Shown here in pieces: positions 28,196 to 37,027 of a stretch of 64,000 nt of DNA; positions within the stretch are counted from its first letter, which is position 1; the number at the start of each line of letters is the position of its first letter. The stretch is taken from the NCBI GenBank assembly GCA_964579635.1, contig CAZOFV010000002.1:1371-65370 (forward strand). The letters are read 5' to 3'. Made by a program: the position numbers and the translations under genes. This DNA comes from an uncultured Candidatus Saccharibacteria bacterium (lineage in GTDB: Bacteria; Patescibacteriota; Minisyncoccia; Phycocordibacterales; VMEP01). The notes below the pieces were generated by a model. It saw nothing but the letters and a program-made list of their open reading frames with translations. It ran no database searches and had not been told where the DNA came from.

Positions 28196-28277
28196 CACCA
28201 CTAAAATACACGCGTAAAATTCTGCTGAATTTTCGCTCTGCTCGATTCGTCAATCTGCGCAAGGTATTTTAGTGGTG
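28196..28277. promoter_or_regulatory. Conserved structured element, copy 2 (upstream of rpmF)
   Basis: Outer inverted repeat CACCACTAAAATAC/GTATTTTAGTGGTG, core AAAATTCTGCTGAATTTT, inner hairpin GATT-cgtc-AATC, then TGCGCAA. Confidence 0.45.
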
Positions 28278-28311
28278 TATGCGGGGTACGGAATACGTAA
28301 AATTTATCTAA

Positions 28312-28947
28312 TTAAGAAGAAAAACCTGTATTTTTAAGGAAACTCCGGCGGTGGATTTTGGTGATGCCATGTTTTTTAATCGCCAAGTAATGTGCCTTAG
28401 TGCCATATCCTTTATGTCTTTCAAAACCATATTGTGGAAACTTCTTGGCAAATCGCACCATTAATCGGTCGCGGGTTACCTTTGCAACAACTGAGGCAAT
28501 AGAAATAATCTGCACCAAATCATCTCCGTGGATTATTGTTTTTTGGTTTTTATATTCTTTAGGCGCTTTCAATCCCCCATCAAGAAATATCTGCGCATAC
28601 TCTGGTTTAACCTTAAGATTTGAAAGAGATTTATCAAGCGCGCTTTGTATAGAAAAAACTATTCCCTTTTTATCGATAATTGTTGGTGTGGTAAAAGAAA
28701 CAGAAAATTTTATATCGCCACACATTTGCGCCAATTTTATTTTCTTAAACCACTCTTCTCTTTTTTTCTCTGAAAGTTTCTTTGAATCTCGTATTCCTTT
28801 GAATTCTTTTTTTAGCCGAGAATTATATACAGCCGAATTTATGGCCACGGCGCCGACAGCCACCGGCCCTGCCAACGGCCCTCGCCCTACTTCATCGATA
28901 CCGACAATAAATTTTTGTTTTTTAGCCACACAATTCTTCATATCCAC
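28312..28947 (-). CDS. rnhB: Ribonuclease HII
   Basis: GIDEVGRGPLAGPVV motif, 211 aa. Confidence 0.9.
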   Translation of the reverse strand: MDMKNCVAKKQKFIVGIDEVGRGPLAGPVAVGAVAINSAVYNSRLKKEFKGIRDSKKLSEKKREEWFKKIKLAQMCGDIKFSVSFTTPTIIDKKGIVFSIQSALDKSLSNLKVKPEYAQIFLDGGLKAPKEYKNQKTIIHGDDLVQIISIASVVAKVTRDRLMVRFAKKFPQYGFERHKGYGTKAHYLAIKKHGITKIHRRSFLKNTGFSS

Positions 28948-28980
28948 ATAATATCAGAGTATTATCTTGCCTCTGCTATA

Positions 28981-31900
28981 ATGGGCAAACTTAATGACAT
29001 GGAGAAAAATTTTGTTCATCTTCACACCCACTCGCACTATTCCCTCTTAGACGGATTAAGTAAGGTTGATGCAATGGTAAAACGCGCCCAAGAACTCAAA
29101 ATGCCGGCGCTTGCTCTCACCGACCACGGCAACATGTATGGAGCAATTGAATTCTATAAGCTCTGTAAGACACACGGAATAAAACCAATCATTGGTGTTG
29201 AGGCGTATATCGCCGAGCGGACACGTTTTGATAAAGAACCAAATATCGATTCAAAAAGGTACCACCTTACTCTTCTCGCCAAAAACGAAAAAGGGTACAA
29301 AAATCTTTTAAAACTCGTTAGTCGCGCAAACCTCGAAGGCTATTATTACAAACCGAGAATGGATAAGGAGCTTCTTCGTGAACACAGCGAGGGAATTATT
29401 TGTCTCTCTGGATGTTTTGGTGGTGAACTTTCCCGCGCACTATCAGCACACAACGATGAAAAAGCGCGCACAATAATCGCTGAGTATCAAGATATTTTTG
29501 GTAAAGAAAATTATTTCCTTGAAATAATGGCTCACGTAAAAATGGATGGGGCAAAAGAAGTTCGCGATAAAATTGTTGCGCTTGGGCGAGAATTAAACAT
29601 TCCGCTTGTCGCCACTCACGACTCACACTATTTAGACGAAGATGACCATAAAGCACATGATACTTTACTTGCTGTGCAAACAGGGTCTGACACTACTGAT
29701 GCCAATCGTCTCACATTCGGAGACGACAACTTTTCTTTAATAGATGCTAAAAAAGCATATGAACTTTTTAAAGATATCCCCGACGCTGTTGAAAACACTG
29801 TACGTATCGCTGAAATGTGCGACATAGAAATTGAGCTCGGAAAATGGGTTTTCCCAGACATAAAACTTCCAGAGAGAAGTTCAAATTATGACGAGGAGTT
29901 AAAGAATATAACCTACGAAGGTCTTATTAGACGCGAACTTGAGAGAACTCCAGAAGTTGAAGGGCGCATAGAATATGAGTTAAAAATTATTAAAGATAAG
30001 GGATATGCGCCATATTTCTTGGTTGTGGCCGACCTTCTCCGCTTCGCGGCTGAAAATAAAATCTTCACAAACATTAGAGGCTCTGTCGCGGGCTCTATTG
30101 TCACGTACCTAACGGGAATTACTAAAGTTAATCCACTTGAGTACAAGCTTCCATTTGAACGTTTCCTAAACCCAGAACGCCCATCAGCACCCGATATTGA
30201 TATGGACTTCGCCGACAATCGTCGCGATGAAATGATTGAGTATGTAAAGCAAAAATATGGCGCTGATAAGGTTGCACAAATTGGAACGTTTGGAACCATG
30301 ATGGCGCGCGGAGCCGTGCGTGATGTTGCAAGAGCACTCGGATATCCGTATGCAACAGGCGACCGTCTTTCTAAATTAATCCCAATGGGATCCCAAGGTT
30401 TTCCGATGACAATAGAAAACGCCCTTAAAATAACCCCAGAGCTTAAGGCTATTTATAAAAACGAGAAAGATGCAAAAGAAATAATAGACTTAGCAAAAAA
30501 ACTCGAAGGTTGTGTGAGGCATGTTTCAGTGCACGCCGCTGGAGTTGTTATCTCACCTACCCCCCTCACTGATTTTACTCCACTACAGTTTGACCCAAAG
30601 GGTGGAAAGATTATTACTCAATACGATATGTATGTCGTTGAAGATGTTGGTCTTCTAAAATTCGACTTCCTTGGAATTAGAAACCTTTCTATTTTAGGGA
30701 GAGCTGTTGATTTGGTTAAAAAACTTTACGACGAAGACGTTGATATCGAACGCATACCTCTTGATGACAAATTAACGTTTGAGCTTTTAGCCCGTGGCGA
30801 GACCGAAGGGTTATTCCAATTAAATGGTGACGGAATGACTCGCTACTTAAAGGAGCTGAAGCCAACCACCATCCACGACATTAACGCCATGGTCGCCCTC
30901 TATCGCCCAGGTCCTATGGTTTCTATTCCGGATTACATCGCAAGAAAACGAAACCCAGCCTTAATTAAATATCCAGACCCAAGACTAAAAGATATTTTAA
31001 AAGAGTCCTATGGTGTTATCGCCTACCAAGACGACGTTCTTTTGACCGCAATCACGCTTGCTGGATATTCGTGGCTCGAAGCCGACAAGCTCCGCAAAGC
31101 CATGGGTAAAAAAATTCCAAAAGAAATGGCTGCACAAGAAGAAAAGTTTATTTCTGGTTGTGTTGATAAAGGATTGAAACCTGAAAAAGCGCTTGAAATT
31201 TGGAAATTAATTGAGCCATTTGCCGCTTATGGTTTTAACAAAGCACACGCCGCAAGCTACGGTCGTGTCTCTTATCAAACGGCGTATATGAAGGCACACT
31301 ACCCCGCTCCTTATATGGCAGCGATACTTTCTGCTGAATCTGGTGATATTGATAAAGTCGCAGAAATCATTACAGAGTGTAAGCATATGAACATCAGTGT
31401 ATTACCACCAGACGTTAACGAAAGCTTCGGCGACTTTACTGTGGTGAAAAACGAAAACGGAGTAGAGGAAATACGTTTCGGTTTAATTTCAACAAAAAAT
31501 CTCGGGATTGATATTGCCGAAGCGATAATCACCGAAAGAAAACTAAACGGAAAATATGTTTCGTTTGCTGATTTTCTAACACGCGTTAAACATAAAAACC
31601 TAAACAAAAAATCTCTTGAAGCTCTTATCAAATCTGGAAGTATGGATAAGCTTGGTGAACGAGGACAATTTCTTGCGAACATGGAAGAAGCGCTCGAATT
31701 TGCGCACGCAGCAAGCCATATGGATAGTGCGCAAACATCACTCTTCGGGGGAATGGCATCCGAACCAGAAGCAACAATAAATTTAAAGGAAGCAGAGCCA
31801 GCAAAGAAAAGTGACATGCTTGCTTGGGAAAAAGAATTGCTTGGTCTTTATATTTCTGGGCACCCACTTGACCAATGGAAAGAAAAATTAAACGGCCGTG

Positions 31901-32187
31901 ACATGACAGTATCAAAACTTAAAGCAACATACAAAGAAGGAATGCTTGCTGTTGTTGCCGGTATCATTGAAGAATCAAAAGAAGTTATAACCAAAACAAA
32001 CGACCGTATGGCATTCTTAAAAATATCCGACTTTACCGGCACAATGGAAGCTGTTGTCTTCCCCAAACTATACAAAGATGTGAAAGATTTATGCGTACCT
32101 GATAAATGTGTTGTTGCTCGCGGTCGCATATCAAAAAGAAACGACGAAACAAGTTTGATTATCGAAGAAATAAAAGAGCTGAAGTAA
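28981..32187 (+). CDS. dnaE: DNA polymerase III alpha subunit
   Basis: PHP domain (HLHTHSHYS), polymerase core and OB fold. The start is uncertain (ATG at 28981 or 28999; the track gives 28915). Confidence 0.9.
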   Translation: MGKLNDMEKNFVHLHTHSHYSLLDGLSKVDAMVKRAQELKMPALALTDHGNMYGAIEFYKLCKTHGIKPIIGVEAYIAERTRFDKEPNIDSKRYHLTLLAKNEKGYKNLLKLVSRANLEGYYYKPRMDKELLREHSEGIICLSGCFGGELSRALSAHNDEKARTIIAEYQDIFGKENYFLEIMAHVKMDGAKEVRDKIVALGRELNIPLVATHDSHYLDEDDHKAHDTLLAVQTGSDTTDANRLTFGDDNFSLIDAKKAYELFKDIPDAVENTVRIAEMCDIEIELGKWVFPDIKLPERSSNYDEELKNITYEGLIRRELERTPEVEGRIEYELKIIKDKGYAPYFLVVADLLRFAAENKIFTNIRGSVAGSIVTYLTGITKVNPLEYKLPFERFLNPERPSAPDIDMDFADNRRDEMIEYVKQKYGADKVAQIGTFGTMMARGAVRDVARALGYPYATGDRLSKLIPMGSQGFPMTIENALKITPELKAIYKNEKDAKEIIDLAKKLEGCVRHVSVHAAGVVISPTPLTDFTPLQFDPKGGKIITQYDMYVVEDVGLLKFDFLGIRNLSILGRAVDLVKKLYDEDVDIERIPLDDKLTFELLARGETEGLFQLNGDGMTRYLKELKPTTIHDINAMVALYRPGPMVSIPDYIARKRNPALIKYPDPRLKDILKESYGVIAYQDDVLLTAITLAGYSWLEADKLRKAMGKKIPKEMAAQEEKFISGCVDKGLKPEKALEIWKLIEPFAAYGFNKAHAASYGRVSYQTAYMKAHYPAPYMAAILSAESGDIDKVAEIITECKHMNISVLPPDVNESFGDFTVVKNENGVEEIRFGLISTKNLGIDIAEAIITERKLNGKYVSFADFLTRVKHKNLNKKSLEALIKSGSMDKLGERGQFLANMEEALEFAHAASHMDSAQTSLFGGMASEPEATINLKEAEPAKKSDMLAWEKELLGLYISGHPLDQWKEKLNGRDMTVSKLKATYKEGMLAVVAGIIEESKEVITKTNDRMAFLKISDFTGTMEAVVFPKLYKDVKDLCVPDKCVVARGRISKRNDETSLIIEEIKELK

Positions 32188-32225
32188 CATTTGGTAAAAT
32201 CAATAAAATTGCTATTATTGCCTTT

Positions 32226-33965
32226 ATGACAGAAGAAAAACTACAAAACCTAAGACACTCCCTCGCCCACCTCTTGGCGGCAGCTGTTAAAGAGATTTAC
32301 CCTGACGCACTACCGGCAATCGGGCCAGCTATCGAAAATGGTTTCTATTATGACTTTGAATTTAAAACTCCAATTAGCGACACAGACCTTCCAAAGATTG
32401 AGAAGGAAATGCGTAAGATTTTAAAAGGGTGGGAAGAGTTTGAAGGACACGAAGTCAGTGAATCCGAAGCTACTGAGGTTTTTTCAGGGAACCCATACAA
32501 ACTTGAGTTAATTAACGAGATTAATCAACGCAGCGAAAAACTAACCATATATGCATCGGGGAATTTTACCGACCTATGTCGTGGCGGTCATGTTGATGAT
32601 GCAAAAAAAATAAACGAGGACGCTTTCGCTCTCACCCACACTGCTGGCGCTTACTGGCGTGGAAATGAAAAAAACAAAATGTTGACTCGTATCTACGGTC
32701 TCGCATTTACCACAAAAGAAGAACTCGACTCATATATCGTGATGCAAGAAGAAGCCAAAAAGCGCGATCATCGTAAGCTCGGCAAAGAACTTGAGCTCTT
32801 CACTTTAATAGACGAAGTTGGTGCTGGGCTTCCCCTCTTTTACCCTAAAGGTGCAATTCTACGTCGTTTAATTGAAGGATATATAACAGAAGAACAAGAA
32901 AAACGTGGATATCTACCAATATGGATTCCACACATCACAAAAGGGAAACTTTATGAAATATCCGGGCACTTGGATAAATATGATGCGATGTACAGCCCAA
33001 TGAAAGTTGATGAAATTGATTACTATCTAAAGCCAATGAATTGTCCGCACTTCATGATGCTTTATAAATCTCTTCCTCACTCATATCGCGAACTACCTCT
33101 TCGTTACACCTCAACCACAACAAACTATCGCTATGAAAAATCTGGTGAGCTTTCAGGCCTTACCCGCGTTCGCTCGTTAACACAAGATGATTGCCATGTA
33201 TTCTGCGAAAGCGATCAAATTGAAACGGAAATAAGCACCATGGCTGAAATGATTGGTGAGACATATAAAGCTTTTGGATTCAAAGATTTTTGGGTACGCA
33301 TCTCTCTTCGAGATTCTAAAAATAAAGAAAAATATCTTGGTGATGATGCGGTTTGGGAAAAGGCCGAAAATGCCTTGCGCTCAGTTATCGGAAACACAGG
33401 CTGGAATTATAAAGAAGCTGAAGACGAAGCCGCTTTTTACGGACCAAAACTAGACTTTATGTTTAAAGATGTTTTAGGACGTGAGTGGCAACTTTCAACA
33501 ATTCAACTAGACTTCAATCTCCCTAAAAAATTTGACCTTGAATACACCGACAAAGAAGGTAAAAAATCTCAACCTGTTGTTATTCATCGTGCAATTTTAG
33601 GTTCAACAGAACGCTTTATGGGAATCTTAATTGAACATTATGGCGGAGCATTTCCTCTTTGGCTCTCACCTGTACAAGTTGTCGTAATTCCTATTGGTGA
33701 AAAACAAGAAGAGTATGCGCAAAATATTAACCGTTTACTTAAAGAAGCTGGCATAAGAACAGAGATTGATTCAACAAACGAAACTCTTGGAAAAAAGATA
33801 CGCAATGCTAAAACAAGCAAAACTCCTTACTTCCTTGTTATTGGTGACAAAGAAATGGAAAACAACACAGCAACACTAGAAAGCCGTGACGCCGGACAAA
33901 TTGGTGCATTTTCGGCTGAGGAAATACTTAAAAAGTTACAGGAGGAAATTAAGGAGAAAAAATAA
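32226..33965 (+). CDS. thrS: Threonyl-tRNA synthetase
   Basis: Class II aaRS motifs plus the ThrRS editing/TGS region. Start chosen at MTEEKLQNL; the track ORF begins 40 codons earlier. Confidence 0.88.
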   Translation: MTEEKLQNLRHSLAHLLAAAVKEIYPDALPAIGPAIENGFYYDFEFKTPISDTDLPKIEKEMRKILKGWEEFEGHEVSESEATEVFSGNPYKLELINEINQRSEKLTIYASGNFTDLCRGGHVDDAKKINEDAFALTHTAGAYWRGNEKNKMLTRIYGLAFTTKEELDSYIVMQEEAKKRDHRKLGKELELFTLIDEVGAGLPLFYPKGAILRRLIEGYITEEQEKRGYLPIWIPHITKGKLYEISGHLDKYDAMYSPMKVDEIDYYLKPMNCPHFMMLYKSLPHSYRELPLRYTSTTTNYRYEKSGELSGLTRVRSLTQDDCHVFCESDQIETEISTMAEMIGETYKAFGFKDFWVRISLRDSKNKEKYLGDDAVWEKAENALRSVIGNTGWNYKEAEDEAAFYGPKLDFMFKDVLGREWQLSTIQLDFNLPKKFDLEYTDKEGKKSQPVVIHRAILGSTERFMGILIEHYGGAFPLWLSPVQVVVIPIGEKQEEYAQNINRLLKEAGIRTEIDSTNETLGKKIRNAKTSKTPYFLVIGDKEMENNTATLESRDAGQIGAFSAEEILKKLQEEIKEKK

Positions 33966-34032
33966 TCCTTCGCTAGACCCTGTTATTAAAGTGTGTTAGC
34001 TTTACTCTCAGTTAATCAAAAGGGGGTGCAAA

Positions 34033-34239
34033 ATGACTGTTCCTAAGAGAATCTTTGAAGACACGTGGGTGAAGGGAAATTTCCTGATCCCGGCAGACAA
34101 GAGCGTTCGGACTGAACTGCGACAACAGCTCGAAAACTACTCGCGCGCCGGCGTCATGTTCGTACCAGGAAACGAGGAGGTGCGATCAATCCTGAAAGCG
34201 CGTATTGCCGCAATTGATGCCTACGATACCGTGAGATAA
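34033..34239 (+). CDS. GC-rich orphan small protein (68 aa)
   Basis: SD AAAGGGGGTG before the ATG. GC-rich. A hairpin terminator follows. Confidence 0.5.
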   Translation: MTVPKRIFEDTWVKGNFLIPADKSVRTELRQQLENYSRAGVMFVPGNEEVRSILKARIAAIDAYDTVR

Positions 34240-34256
34240 GAAATACTCACACCCAA

Positions 34257-34292
34257 ACAAAAAAACAGCCGAAACTTATCGGCTGTTTTTAA
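34257..34292. terminator. Bidirectional terminator between the orphan and gyrB
   Basis: AAACAGCCGA-aactta-TCGGCTGTTTTT. Confidence 0.6.
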
Positions 34293-34316
34293 TTTAAATA
34301 CAACAACAAGAACAAA

Positions 34317-36365
34317 CTAAACGTCTAGATTTGCCATCTTGGCATTAGACTGGATGAATGACTTACGTGATGGAACATCAGAACCCATTAGTGTCACGAA
34401 TACTTTTTCCGCATCAGCAGCATCATCGATTGTAACTTGCTTTAATACGCGCTTATCTGGATCCATAGTTGTTTCCCATAATTCCTCTGGGTTCATTTCT
34501 CCAAGACCTTTATATCTCTGAATGGAAACTTTTGCTTCGCGCTTCTTTGTTTTTTCCTCAACCTCTTCTTCCGTCTCAACTTCTCCTTCTTCTAAGACCT
34601 CCTCAATTTCTTCTATAGAAACATCTTTACCGACTATTTTAAGTTTTTCCTCGTCGGAATATGCATACTTAATATCTTTACCTTTCTTTATTTTATAAAG
34701 CGGTGGTTGGGCAATATACAAAAATCCTCCATCAATAACTGGCTTAAAATATCTAAAGAATAACGTCAATAAAAGAGTACGGATGTGTGCACCGTCAACG
34801 TCGGCATCGGTTGCGATTATAATTTTATGATAACGAAGTTTTGATAAATCAAAAGTATCACCAATAGCAGTTCCCATTGCGATAACAAGGGATTTAATTT
34901 CATTTGAGGTAAGCATCTTATCAATTCGAGAGCGCTCAACATTCAAAATTTTTCCCTTTAATGGAAGGATCGCTTGTGTGCGTCTATCGCGACCCTGTTT
35001 AGAAGAACCACCTGCAGAATCTCCCTCAACGATAAATATTTCTGCTTCCTCTGCGTTTCTTGTCTGACAATCAGCAAGCTTCCCTGGTAAAGTCATCCCT
35101 TCAAGCGCACCCTTACGAAGAACGCTATCTTTAGCCGCCTTAGCTGCCTTTCGCGCCTTAAGCGCCAATAACACCTTATTTAGAATATCGCGCGCGTCAT
35201 CAGGGTTTTCCTCAAGGAAGTAGTTAAATGCTTCGCCGAAGACGGTTGCCACAGCACCCTGAGCTTCAACGCTACCCAATTTTGCTTTTGTTTGACCTTC
35301 AAACTGAATCTCACGCAATTTAACAGAGACGACAGCTGTTATTCCTTCGAGAACATCTTCCCCTGTTAGATTCTCTTCTTTTTCTTTAATTATATTGTTC
35401 TTTCTCCCATATGAATTTAAAACACGAGTAAGAGCGGTTTTAAAACCAGTTATATGTGTTCCACCTTCTGGGTTATAAGTATTGTTAGCGTATGGAATTA
35501 TTTTAGGAGTTATGTCGTCAACGTATTGAAGCGCAACTTCCACATGAACCCCATCTGCTTCTTTTTCGGTATAAAAAATATTTTTATGAACTGGCTTTTG
35601 TGTTTGATTATGAAACTTAACAAGTGAAAGCAAGCCTCCTTCAAAAAAGAAGCTCATAGATGGAACTTCAAGCCCTAATTCTTCAAAATAAAATACCTCG
35701 CTATCATCAATCTTTCCTTCGTATAACCGAGCGTCAATAACCCCAATGCGAAGACCTTTCACTAAGTAAGCCTGACCACGCATGTGGTTCACTACTGTGT
35801 TCCATTCAAATTTTATTTCTTTAAATATTTCTTTGTCTGGTTCAAAAGTTACAATAGTTCCATTTAGTTTAGAACTTCCAAATTTTTTAACCGCTGCTTT
35901 TTTTACACCCTGTTTGTATTCCTGGAAATGTTTTCCTCCATCGCGATGCACTTCAACTTTTGCGTAAACAGATAATGCGTTAACAACAGAAGCTCCCACT
36001 CCGTGTAAACCTCCAGAAACTTTATATCCTTCACCACCAAACTTTCCTCCAGCGTGGAGAGTTGTCATAACTGTTTCAAGAGCGGAAACTTTTGTCTTCT
36101 TGTGAATCTCAACTGGAATACCACGACCATTATCCGCAACGCGAATACGATTACCAGGCAAAAGCACGACTTCAATATGATCAGCAAAACCACCCATCGC
36201 CTCGTCGCGTGAGTTATCAAAAATTTCCCAAATTAAGTGGTGGAGACCATCGATACCGGTTGTACCAATATACATTCCGGGACGTTTTCGTACCGGCTCT
36301 AGTCCTTCCAAAACTGTAATATCTTGGGCGTCGTAGTGGTGTCCGTTTCCTTTCTTTTCAGCCAT
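34317..36365 (-). CDS. gyrB: DNA gyrase subunit B
   Basis: GHKL ATPase and TOPRIM domains (EGDSAGGS, PLKGKILNVE). Confidence 0.9.
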   Translation of the reverse strand: MAEKKGNGHHYDAQDITVLEGLEPVRKRPGMYIGTTGIDGLHHLIWEIFDNSRDEAMGGFADHIEVVLLPGNRIRVADNGRGIPVEIHKKTKVSALETVMTTLHAGGKFGGEGYKVSGGLHGVGASVVNALSVYAKVEVHRDGGKHFQEYKQGVKKAAVKKFGSSKLNGTIVTFEPDKEIFKEIKFEWNTVVNHMRGQAYLVKGLRIGVIDARLYEGKIDDSEVFYFEELGLEVPSMSFFFEGGLLSLVKFHNQTQKPVHKNIFYTEKEADGVHVEVALQYVDDITPKIIPYANNTYNPEGGTHITGFKTALTRVLNSYGRKNNIIKEKEENLTGEDVLEGITAVVSVKLREIQFEGQTKAKLGSVEAQGAVATVFGEAFNYFLEENPDDARDILNKVLLALKARKAAKAAKDSVLRKGALEGMTLPGKLADCQTRNAEEAEIFIVEGDSAGGSSKQGRDRRTQAILPLKGKILNVERSRIDKMLTSNEIKSLVIAMGTAIGDTFDLSKLRYHKIIIATDADVDGAHIRTLLLTLFFRYFKPVIDGGFLYIAQPPLYKIKKGKDIKYAYSDEEKLKIVGKDVSIEEIEEVLEEGEVETEEEVEEKTKKREAKVSIQRYKGLGEMNPEELWETTMDPDKRVLKQVTIDDAADAEKVFVTLMGSDVPSRKSFIQSNAKMANLDV

Positions 36366-36466
36366 ATTTTAAGGGTTAAATCAAAAAAGCGCCTTCGCTT
36401 TGTTACAGAAAAGTATATCAGAAAATGGCCTAAAATGAAAGCTTTTTAAGGGGAAAGTAAGGTGAA

Positions 36467-37006
36467 TTATGGCTTGAAAAATATGGCCATTCTACGCCAA
36501 TCGTGCTTAAACGACTTGATATCCACAAAGAGGTCTTTTCCTTGTTCTTTAGAGAGTGATTCTGGCTCATTAAAGTAAAACCCTGTGAGTTGCCCTTTCC
36601 TTTCAGGAAACTCAACTCCATCATTTTCTTCGTATCCCGTTAACACCACCATGTGAAATTTTGTCTGACCGAGAGTGTATTTTGAAACTGAAACAATTAC
36701 AGGGCGACCATCTTTGAGCTCGTCGTGTATTTTTTGCAAACCCAAAATCTCTCCAATCTTCTCACCCCTTTCAGAAACTAATCCATGTTCTTTGGCTATC
36801 TTCACAAAATAATCGTGGAACCACCCTGATGGTCCATACCCCCCGTCACTCTTCCCTTTTTCACACATTTCCAAAAGTGATAGTGTTTTTTTGTGATGAT
36901 AATCAAGAACCATTTTCAAACACGTCATGCCACAAGCCCTCGGCATCCAATATGGATTGTCGTTTACATCTAAAAATTGAGAGTAGTATGGTACGTTTAA
37001 TTTCAT
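36467..37006 (-). CDS. Papain-like cysteine peptidase, C39-like domain
   Basis: VPYYSQ...ACGMTCLKMVL catalytic-Cys context typical of Peptidase_C39_2. Confidence 0.55.
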   Translation of the reverse strand: MKLNVPYYSQFLDVNDNPYWMPRACGMTCLKMVLDYHHKKTLSLLEMCEKGKSDGGYGPSGWFHDYFVKIAKEHGLVSERGEKIGEILGLQKIHDELKDGRPVIVSVSKYTLGQTKFHMVVLTGYEENDGVEFPERKGQLTGFYFNEPESLSKEQGKDLFVDIKSFKHDWRRMAIFFKP

Positions 37007-37027
37007 TATGATGCTATAAGTTTTATT

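Noticed and set aside
28915-28980. Upstream ATG at 28915 as the dnaE start (track ORF)
   Set aside because: It would overlap the divergent rnhB start (28947) and adds an unconserved hydrophobic N-terminus. An internal ATG at 28981 or 28999, preceding the conserved PHP motif, is more plausible.
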